From: Macrostomum lignano
Taxonomy: Eukaryota
NCBI GenBank assembly: GCA_002269645.1
Contig: NIVC01002176.1
Coordinates: forward strand, 62,001-126,000
DNA: 64,000 nt
Direction: 5' to 3'
A program made the translations under genes and the position numbers. The notes under the pieces are model-generated. The model searched no databases. It was given only the letters and a program-made list of their open reading frames with translations, and had not been told where the DNA came from. Positions within the stretch are counted from its first letter, which is position 1; each line of letters opens with the position of its first letter. This document shows, piece after piece, positions 41,840-52,077 of the stretch.

Positions 41840-44479
41840 CTGTGAGTTCAGAGTTGAGCATTGTGGTGTAATGAAGATTTGGTTCATTTTTTTAATACCA
41901 CTACATCTCCATCTAGGTATAAATTTAAATAAGAATATACGATTCTGATACATAGCGAATGACATTGTATCAGATTTGTATTAATTACCAGAATTACAAT
42001 CCATATTACATAAATTTCTCTGTAATTATTGCAATCAGGATTTTCATTTTAAAATGCAACAAAGTCTATACTTTGTTAGCGTTTTAACTAGTGCAATACA
42101 GAATTGTTTTATTGCCATAATTGTTGTGAAAACTTGTAAAAACTGATAAATTGACATTGTATTTGGCTGCAAGTTAGTTGCTAGTATTAGTTGCATCAAA
42201 ATATTTTTCTTGTATTTAGACATGGTTCCACGACTTACTATAGACTCTAGGCAGTGACCTTATGTCTAACTACAAGTTGAATGTTTTTACATTTTATTTT
42301 ATAGCAAATGGATTTAGAAATTTTTCACAAAAAGTTACTAGATTTCACACTAAGCCATTGTGCAATGACTTCTTTCTATTATGGTGTTTTGAAACTGTGC
42401 TCAACTCTTCAGTATTCTCTTACAATGCTGCTGCACTGCAATCTATTCTAACAAAGGGCAAAATGTGAAAATAGAGAAAAAAACAAAAGAGAAAAGGCCA
42501 TCTTTAGCCTAAGGTTTTATGGTCAAACTTGTAGGTGCATCAAAACTACTTGATATTGCACTAGAAGACTTAGAAATTCTAGATACTGACACTGTTATAT
42601 GAATCAACCTTGATAGCATAAAGATTCTATCTAAACAGACAACTCAGATAAAAGCTCAGATGCTAATACTAGTTCTAACATTGGTCCACTAGCTACTGAG
42701 ACTTTTAACAATTGTATCATCTAGTCCCTCATCATATCATCATCATATTTGCATCATCATATTTGTTAAGAGGCTGTCAAGCTCTTTGAGATACTCAGCC
42801 AAATATGACTTAAACTTAAAGGGTTGCCTAATACCTAATAGGTATACAATATTCAGTCAGCTGACTTCAATACAAGCATGCCTGATGTCATGAAGCAATT
42901 GCTTAGAGAACAAAAGCAAACAAATTGGCTACTAGTAGCAGCTTTTGAAAAAAAAACAAGAAGTGACAAACTCGATTCAAATTGAGAATATAGCTGAGTT
43001 TACCTACCACATTGGACAAATAGTTGACTTCAAATCAATTAATTATAGTGATCCCAACAACTGACATTCGCTCTAACATTTGTCACCATTGTTTATGGTA
43101 AACAAGCCCTCAAGGGTTGCTTGCTATCAAGCATAGGAATTACCAAGCAAAAGTTGTTTTCACTAGTTGAGTACAAAGATGTATTTGAAGTAATAAATGC
43201 TCACTTTCTAAAATGCTTTTGGTATACAGTAGAATCTCATGAGAATTAGGAACTTATACATGCAAACTTTTACAACTTAACTAGTCTATATATACTTTTT
43301 AAACTTTTTAAATAATGTTAGCAGTCTAATTTTTATTGTTTCTTGTAGACTTAACTTGCTCACAAAGAATGTCATTACATCTCTTTGACATTTGCTTGCT
43401 TTATCTTGTTTATTTAAATTAAAGTGTATTTTTACAAATGTATATGCATACGAGTATTGTACTGTAATTAGTTCATAATATAAAATATACTCTATATTCA
43501 ATGAGCCAATATTTTCTAACTGACCTTTACTTGCAGATGTGACCTGCTTTCAAAGTATGCCATTACATCTCTTTGACCTCTTCTTGCAAAATGCAAACTA
43601 CTCTTAGAGTAGGCCAAATTGCTTGTTTTCTCTACTATTTTCTATTTTTTAACTAATTGCCAAGTGTTATTTGATTCTTTACATTTGTCTATGTTGCTAT
43701 TTTATACTTTTTATTATTGCTTTCTAGATGTGTTAATTGTTATGTTTAGATATATACAAAAAATCAGGTTATTTTGAACTGATAATATGGCATTTAATAG
43801 CAATCCAACTTATCAAGTTAATAAGAAGTTTGACCATATTGATTATTTATCTATTGAGATTTATGTTGAATCTATTAGAATTTACAGTCTTTAAAAAGAA
43901 AACTTTAACTACACTTTGGAATTGGACTTTAGCTAGTAAAATTGAATTAGATAAATTATGTTTATTACAATTGGAAGTACTAAAAAAGAATAACATTTGG
44001 AATTTTTTAATTGCCAAAATTACAATTTTAATCAAATAATTTTAATTTATGCTATATTTTTTGTCCCATAGAAAGAGAAGAAAGAGATAAGAGAAAAAAA
44101 TTATATAGATAAATGAGCTAAGAGAAGACATTAACTTTTAGTATGCTGAATTACTATTATAATGTTTAAAAGGATCTGAGAAACAGATTTTTGAGTTTTT
44201 AGCTCTTTAGGCTACATTTGGCCTGCAAGCTAGATTTTGCCAATCCTTAGTTTGCTTTACCATTAAAAGATGAAAATTATTAGCAAAAAGTACATAACTC
44301 ACTCAATGCTAATGTGGTAGCTAATAAGGTTAAATGTTTGAGATATAGTTTATGGGCAAAAGTTGACAGAGACAAAGTAGTATAGTTTGTAGCTAAGGCT
44401 ATTAATAGAGGGGCCATGGTTACCTAAATACTGAAACTAAGTTAAACTTGTTTGACAATTATTTGTAATATATATTCAT

Positions 44480-44800
44480 GTGCTCTGTGCTCCATTTTGA
44501 GGCCTTGGACAATGGGCTCAGAGGCCAGAGTGAAGCTGTTTCAGGCAGATTGTCTTGCTATATAACACTGAGACCTAGACCCTGACAGATGCCTTTGGAG
44601 AGGCAGCAACCCAGGCAGCAAGATCAACACTGAACTCTATGCAATGGTATACCTGATATGGCTTTCTGACCTACTGCATAGGTAGCAACTTTGACTGCTT
44701 GGCCATATCATCTGCTCAGAGGCCTGCTGCCCTGAGCTGCTATACATTGTACTGCTACCCAAGTTTCAAGGACTATGTAGGCAAGACCAAGGGTGAATGG
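44480..44800 (+). mobile_element. Hypermutated copy of the RTE LINE seen at 15380-15900
   Basis: Aligns by eye, e.g. TATAACACTGAGACCTAGACCCTGACAGATGCC vs TACAACGCCGAGACCTGGATCCTGACGGATGCC. Confidence 0.8.
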
Positions 44801-45015
44801 CATATACTAACAGGCTTTGACTGATTCTGGCTCATTAGACCAGGTATGACTTTTTAGGGCTATGGCCTAGAAATACTTTCTGATTCCCCCTTTGTTGGCT
44901 ACTGCATGGTAGGGGCAAGTATTTTGTTGCTGTTTCATGTATACAACTTGTAAAATGCATTTTATTATTGATTTCTCTCATTTTAACATGATAAAATTTT
45001 GTTATTGTTGTGTCT

Positions 45016-45378
45016 TTAACCAACAAATAAAAGGTGGAGGGTTAATAGAAAATAAAATGCAGCCAAACTGGAGTAGGCATCCACTAATACCAGTAGGTAG
45101 TGCCTGTCAATTGGACCGGCAAAGTTCATGTAGACTCTGGTCCATGGGCCATCTGGCTTGGGCCATGATGTGCGAAACTTTCTGTTCCGTGGCTTTGATG
45201 TCTTGCAGACTTGGCATGTTCCCACACATGATTCTACCATCTTGTCCATCCGAGGCCACCAGTAGTGTTCTTGTAGTAGAGATTTTATGTGTGCAATCCC
45301 AAGGTGCAATCCCATACCTGTGGGCCAAGATGCTGCTATTCCAACTGCCAAAAAGCTTTGCTTTCCACAGCTAGCCAA
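45016..45378 (-). mobile_element. Gypsy integrase fragment (H2C2 zinc finger + start of core)
   Basis: HLGIAHIKSLLQEHYWWPRMDKMVESCVGTCQVC..PWTRVYMNFAGP..LVLVDAYS. Confidence 0.85.
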
Positions 45379-45394
45379 CCTGACCTAGGGCCAT

Positions 45395-45795
45395 ACCAAC
45401 TTGGTAGCCATGTGGGCTGCAAACTGGGTGAGGACTAATACAGCTGCACTGGACACTGATGTGCCATGGCTGGTAGGATTAGTAACTGCTGCTGCGTACT
45501 TCTGCGTGGCTCTGGGATGGGCCAGTCTTGAGGATGGTGATGTCATAACCAAGGCTGCGCCTGGCATGCTTGATGATGCAGGCAGAGACACAACCAAGCA
45601 TTTAATAGAAAAAGACCAGGGCTGCATGTGCCTAGCAGCTAACCTGGTACTAGGAACCAAAGTGATGTGGTGGCAAACCAACTACTATACAGGTGGCCAC
45701 ACCCTGCAAGGCTACATCTTAAAGGTACTGAAGATGTGGCCTAGGTTTGATGAAGCTCGGCTAGACATGTATATAGAAATGGTGCATACCATCAG
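45395..45795 (+). other. Unassigned protein-coding fragment; possible endogenous RNA-virus nucleoprotein
   Basis: Globular-looking ORF segment (AANLVLGTKVMWWQTNYYTG..GYILKV..MVHTI) between the Gypsy and mariner remnants. The resemblance to qinvirus-like nucleoproteins is from memory only. Confidence 0.3.
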
Positions 45796-45799
45796 CCTG

Positions 45800-46235
45800 G
45801 AGAAGAGTCTGGGCATTGATGCCATATTGATTTGGAGGATCTTGCATGAAGATCTTGGTGTCACCAAGAAAGCTGCCAAATGGGTACCACGAATCCTCTT
45901 GCCTGAGCAGAAGCAGTAGAGAATTGATTTTTGCAGAAATTTCCAAGATCAGTTCAAAGATGGAGTATCTGCAAACTTCTAGAACATCATCACAGGTGAT
46001 AAAGCCTAGTTCCATCAGTACGACCCGCCAACTAAATCACAGTCAATGCTTTGGTCACTCAAAGAAGCCCCACCTTCCCAAAAGGTGAAGTGGATGAGGT
46101 TAGCTGGGAAAATCATGTTTGCAATTTTCTTCTAGCCCAGAGGCATCATGGCTTCAGTGCCAGTTGAGCAAGGCCACACTGTGACCTTTGATTGGTATCT
46201 GACCAGCTACTTGCCCGCTGTGTTCAATTCCATTG
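45800..46235 (+). mobile_element. Mariner transposase pseudogene fragment
   Basis: ILHEDLGVTKKAAKWVPRIL..IITGDKA*FHQYDPPTKSQS..AGKIMFAIFF..GHTVTFDWY; several TAG stops. Confidence 0.85.
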
Positions 46236-47518
46236 CACCAATGCATATGTATATATATATGACTGCTAGGCTAGCTAACCTGGTCAATCTAGCCACTGAA
46301 AATTGTATTGGACCGAGGATAAGTAAAAAATTTCTATCCAAAAAGAATATAGAAGTACTACTAATTAGATGATAAGGCACTTAGCCTTCAGAAGACAATC
46401 ATATTCCCTAGGTTTTTTAAGGTTGGAAATCTAGTTGCCAGCTGGCCCTTAGTGCTCAAAATCCAGATCTAGGTAACTTGTCATATTTTTATTCATCAAC
46501 TATGTTGACAAGTTTATCATGGTTTGCATAGTGCGTAAACTGATATGTAATATAACAAAGTGTATAGAAGCAAGAGATGGAAATAGAAGCAAAAGCAATA
46601 AGGCTTGAATTTATATGTGCATACAAAGTTACTTAAGTATTCTTTTTTATTAAATTACATTTATTAAAACTGATTAGAATTAAAATTGATTTTACCATTG
46701 CCAATGACATCCTGACAATTAATTGCAGTTCCTTAGCTACTTATTGAAATGGAAGATTCTTAGTTTCATTGTTTTAATTGTATCATCATTGTATCTTATA
46801 TTTGATCATGTTGTACATGGTAGACTGCTGGGTGCTGCAGTGTGCTGCTGTATCTTATCTAGTCAATCTACCAAAAAGACATTCTGTAGCAATAGACAAT
46901 CTGCCTATCTGGCAATAGTAAAGTAGACATTGTCACAATTAACAATTGTCATGTCTTGTGCCTAAAAACTAGCATTACAATGACATGGCTTAGCTCATTG
47001 CTTTTATAAATCTGTATTATCTGTGTACTAAGATAGTTGCACATACTGTACTTTGCTGAGGAAGTTACCAGTTGATAAATTTACTAGCACCCTAAAATCT
47101 AGTTTTAATGACTATTTTTAGTTACCTATTGGCAACTATCCAAATTCTTGAAGATATTTTCAAGGCTAAGTTTAAATAGCAGAAATTAGTTCTCTCAACT
47201 CTAAGATTACTATGGTGCTATGGTTTCTATAGTGCAAACAATAACAAACTAATAATACCATCATATGATTAATTTATATAGCATATTTAACACACTTATA
47301 AAATCATTTTTTAATTGGCAATTGGCATAGGGAAAATAAAGTTGCCAGATTGGCCTCTGATACCAAAACTTCAATTGCCAATAAGATTTTCAAGAGGCCA
47401 AAAAACCTTATACAGTCCAAAAACCCAGGTTATTCCTACTATTTGAGGTAAGGTAGCACGCTTTAGAAGGCAGAGAAAAACAAAAGTTAAAATCAACATA
47501 GATTACAATTAATTCTTT

Positions 47519-47563
47519 CTACCGACGCGTTTCGGACCAACAATGGCCATCTTCAGGGTCTAG
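47519..47563 (-). ncRNA. Minimal type I hammerhead ribozyme in the Penelope pLTR
   Basis: CUAGACC-CUGAAGA-UGGCC-AUUGUU-GGUCC-GAAA-CGCG-UC^GGUAG: intact CUGANGA/GAAA core, stem II, palindromic stem III (ACGCGU), GUC cleavage triplet. Confidence 0.8.
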
Positions 47564-48120
47564 TGTATTTTTAACACTCACAACAACTTTATATAAGTGA
47601 ACAAATGTTAACTGTACAGTCCAAAGGGCATGTCATGGGCAGAATTTTCCAAAAATGTTAAGCATAGATTGCAAGTACATTGTTCAGACTTGTGCCTTTA
47701 CTTAGAATACCTTGAGCAAATGGCCCGCACCACTATGGGAGAGCTGAATATTCAGATTAGGTTTTTGGTCTTTAATGTACATGGATTCAAGTATGTTGAG
47801 TCTAAAATCAGTTCTACACCGATCAATAATTTTAAACTGCTGAGTTTGCTCAATTTTGCAACAACTGTTGCAACTGAGCAGGTGGTCTTGGATAGCCGAC
47901 CTTTTCAACCAATGCTCTCTGACTCTGGTGTACAGGTGCCTTTTAGTTTTACCTATATAGGTAATGTTCTGGTCAACAGAACAAGAGAATTTATACACAA
48001 CACCTGCCGCCAGAACAAGAGGAACATGGGATTTCAGTCTACTAACGTATTGGCCAACCTTAGCAGACTGAAATCCCATGTTCCTCTTGTTCTGGCGGCA
48101 GTGTGAGTGTTAAAAATACA

Positions 48121-48165
48121 CTAGACCCTAAAGATGGCCATTGTTGGTCCGAAACGCGTCGGTAG
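48121..48165 (+). ncRNA. Inverted hammerhead copy with core mutation CUGAAGA to CUAAAGA (G5A), predicted inactive
   Basis: Identical to the 47519-47563 motif except A at 48130. Confidence 0.7.
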
Positions 48166-49549
48166 AAAGAATTAATTGTAATCTATGTTGATTTTAACTT
48201 TTGTATTCCTACTATTTACTTAGTTATATATGCATATAAAGTAATTTTACTCTTTACTTTTTTAAGGGAGGCCATAGCCCAGCGATCTAGCATAGGCTCT
48301 AGTGTGCCAGTGACCTAGGCTCAATTCCAAGTGCAATCATAAATTTGGGGCTAAATTAGAATCTCGGCTTGGCTCTGCTTGTGCAATTAACAGCCTTGAG
48401 AACCAACCCCCCCCCCCAATGTGCAGTGAAGTATACACGCCTAATTATAAAATAAAGGGTCACCAATCACTTTGGCGACAGGTCACTTTGGCGACAGTCA
48501 CTTCAGCAACACATTTGGCTTACTTTGGTGATAGACATATATTGCATAAGCAGTAACCCTGGTAGTGCCTAAAATAAAAAAGAAAGCAATTAAAAACAAA
48601 TGCAAGAATAACAAATTTATAGCACCAAGTTTTTTACGCATTGTAATAGAAAGCATTGCAATTATTTTGTTCTAAAAAAATACTGGTATACTGAATACAT
48701 TACACACTTATACATATACAGTGTTTAGATATTCTTGTTCAAACAAAATTGTCTTTCATTTCTCCATCTCTCTTCTCTCTTAATCTCTACCTGTTCCCCT
48801 TCTCTCTCTCTCTTTTTCTTTCTCTCCAATGCATTAGTTGTACAGGTTAACTCGCATAGCTGGGTATTAGTAGAATGGGAAAAGGCTGTCCTTCTCTGAA
48901 TACATTAAATACATGTACGAGCTGCCTACATGTACATATAACTTTAACTGCGCTGCAGGAAACATTTTCTAATTTTTTTTCAGAGCACGTGGATACAGAG
49001 CACGATGTATTTGCCACGAGAGATCAGTCTACAAAAAAGCCACTCGAACTAACAATGACATTGAGAGCTTTCACAACCGTTTGAACAGTTGGGCTCAACG
49101 CAGTCAGCTCCAGTTCTACCTCCTGGTCAAGCTGCTACACAACGAGGGCCGCATGGTCTCTATTGACTCGCGGTTGGTGTCACAAGGTGCTCTGAGGCGG
49201 TTGCAGCGAAAGAAGTACCGCCAGCGACAGTCCAAATACTTCAAACTTTGGTTGGAATATCAAAGTTGGAGACCAATCGATTCAGTCACTTTTGGAGGCT
49301 TGCAGCAAGCTGAATAGACTGTAAGCTGTCTAAGGTGCATCTGCATATGCTTAACTTCTGTAATACTAAGACTTCTTTGTGTGCTACATATAACATCTTT
49401 GCTTTTAATGCATGTTTATTATTCTCTTTCTTTTTTTTTATTTCTGCAACAGAGTGACAAAGTGTATATGCTTGTATTGTACATATACTTGTGTATGTCA
49501 AATAGATTTATCACAATACTTCCTATATACTAAAAATGGTCTGTCTGTG

Positions 49550-49582
<33 letters not shown>

Positions 49583-50149
49583 GTGATCGATTAGAGAAAA
49601 AATGGCTGGACCGATTTTGTTCAAACTTGCACTGTTCGATCAGAAATTTTCCCGTGACTGTACATGCATCGCGGCTAAGAAATTGCTCGATGCTAAAGGC
49701 ATTAAATATTCGAAAAACATGCTTTTTTGCAAAGGTCAAGCAAACTTTTCGACTTGAAATGCATTGTAAGAATGCTAGAGAAAAAACTGACTGGTTGAAT
49801 TCTGATTCTGAAATAGATTGCATCATCACTGAATTGTAACTCCGACTTGAATTGAAAATGCAGTGTGGAAGCGTAGCACCAGACTTGATTTAAATTGCGT
49901 AACCATATTGTTAACTGATACTGACTGACTGAGAAACTGATTATGTCATAACTGCTTCGTGTGATTTACTCTATGCTTGGATTTTAAACTGTTGAATTAT
50001 ATATATATATATAAGTGCAAAATTTGATGTTATCAAAAAGATGAGAACTAGCCTAGAGGTGAACAGACTGAACTGCTAAATGCAGCGACGATGGTTCGAA
50101 TTTTCATAGAGTATAATTTTTTTAATTAAAGCTTTTCAACGTCAGGAAA

Positions 50150-51185
50150 ACTAAAAGACTTTTTAAAAAGAAGCGTCATGTAAAAATCATAGTAGCGTCA
50201 TGTAAAAAATCGTAGAAGCGTCATATAAAAAATTATAGAAGCATCATATAAAAATCATAGATGCGTCATTTAAAAAATCATAGAAGCATCATATAAAAAT
50301 CATAGATGCGTCATTTAAAAAATCATAGAAGCATCATGTAAACAATCATAGAAGCATCATGTAAACAATCATAGAAGCGTCATATAAAAATCATAGAAGC
50401 ATCATATAAAAATCATAGATGCATCATAGATGCCTAGAGGTGAACAGACTGAACTGCTAAATGCAGCGACGATGGTTCGAATTTTCATAGAGTATAATTT
50501 TTTTAATTAAAGCTTTTCAACGTCAGGAAAACTAAAAGACTTTTTAAAAAGAAGCGTCATGTAAAAATCATAGTAGCGTCATGTAAAAAATCGTAGAAGC
50601 GTCATATAAAAAATTATAGAAGCGTCATATAAAAATCATAGATGCGTCATTTAAAAAATCATAGAAGCATCATGTAAAAAAATCATAGTAGCGTCATGTA
50701 AACAATCATAGAAGCGTCATGTAAAGAATCATAGAAGCGTCATGTAAAAAAATCATAGATGCGTCATTTAAAAAATCATAGAAGCATCATGTAAACAATC
50801 ATAGAAGCGTCATTTAAAAAAATCATAGAAGCGTCATATAAAAATCATAGATGCGTCATTTAAAAAATCATAGAAGCGTCATGTGAAAATCATAAAAGCG
50901 TCACGTAAAGAATCATAGAAGCGTCATGTAAACAATCATAGAAGCGTCATGTAAACAATCATAGAAGCGTCATGTAAACAATCATAGAAGCGTCATGTAA
51001 AAAATCATAGAAGCGTCATGTAAACAATCATAGAAGCGTCATGTAAACAATCATAGAAGCGTCATTTAAAAAATCATAGAAGCGTCATGTAAACAATCAT
51101 AGAAGCGTCATGTAAAAAATCATAGAAGCGTCATGTAAAAATCGTAGAAGCGTCATTTAAAAATCATAGAAAATCATAAAAATCA
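50150..51185. repeat. ~22-bp minisatellite (AAAAATCATAGAAGCGTCATGT), with a ~380-bp tandem duplication (50050-50430 repeated from ~50432)
   Basis: Direct repetition; the unique segment GCCTAGAGGTGAACAGACTG... occurs twice. Confidence 0.92.
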
Positions 51186-52014
51186 AAAATTAAATGCAGC
51201 TATAATGCTGTGCTGGGGAGAAAAACTGAGACGTAAAGGCTCTCAGAGAATAACTGCTGAGATTATGGGGGGGGTTTCTGAGATGTCAAAGCAAAAGTCA
51301 GAAGCTACTTCAAAGTTCATGTACTTTACTCAATTTTTTTATTGCATTCTTTGTTGGCTCGCCACGGGAGGCGCTTATAGAAGAAGAGTCATGTAAAAAA
51401 TAAAAGTAGCACTACGAGCGTATGTACGAGCTATACATAAAAGAAAAGTCATGTTCAAGTTAAAAGATTCATTTGGGAATTGCTACGATGTCAAAGCTTG
51501 GTGGAAATCGTTATAGTGCTGTGATTCTTAAAGAAGGAATCACTAAAATGTCAAGGCTTAGGGGAGAAGAATTGCTGAGATTTCAAGGCTTTAGGTTGGG
51601 TTAAAGTTAGGTTTAGGTCAGGTGTGGGTTGAGGGTTATATTTTATCGGGTTTCAAGGTTAACAGAATAACAGGGGATTTTTTAGATTTCAAGGTTTATG
51701 GAGGCCATCGCTGACATGTTAAGGCTTACGGGGGAATAGCTGAGATGTCAAGGCTCACGGGGTATAAATGAGATTTCAAGGCTAAAGTCAGAAGCTACAT
51801 GTAGTTTATTGAAAACTTTTTATTACATTATTTGATGCCTCCTCAGGGGAGGGATCGCTGATAAAAAAAGCGTAATGTAAAAAATAAAAGAAGCTTCATG
51901 TCGAAGTTAAGAGATTCATTTGGGAATCCCTACGATGTCGAGGCTTGCAGGAAATCGCTATAATGCTGTAATAGTGCTATAGTGACTCTTAGAGAGAATT
52001 ACTGAAATTTCAAT

Positions 52015-52077
52015 GTTAGGTTAGGGTTAGGGTTAGGGTTAGGGCTAGGGTTAGGGTTAGGGTTAGGCTAGGGTTAG
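52015..52077 (+). repeat. Interstitial telomeric repeat (TTAGGG)~10
   Basis: Mostly perfect TTAGGG units with two variants; a degenerate tract lies at ~51595-51640. Confidence 0.9.

Larger units (their letters stand above)
47480..48204 (-). mobile_element. Penelope-like element, 5'-truncated: GIY-YIG endonuclease end (47702-48079) flanked by inverted ~103-bp pLTR copies (47480-47582 and 48102-48204)
   Basis: GVVYKFSC..YIGKTKRHLYTRVREH..LNILESMYIKDQKPNLN. The two flanks are reverse complements with one visible mismatch. Confidence 0.88.

Noticed and set aside
42860-43200. Possible decayed Gypsy gag (MKQLLREQ..IENIAEFTY)
   Set aside because: Too fragmented by stops and frameshifts to call.
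49545-49760. Helentron/HINE-like element (ATCT tract + CTGGACCGATTTTG)
   Set aside because: Only a short motif resemblance; termini could not be defined.
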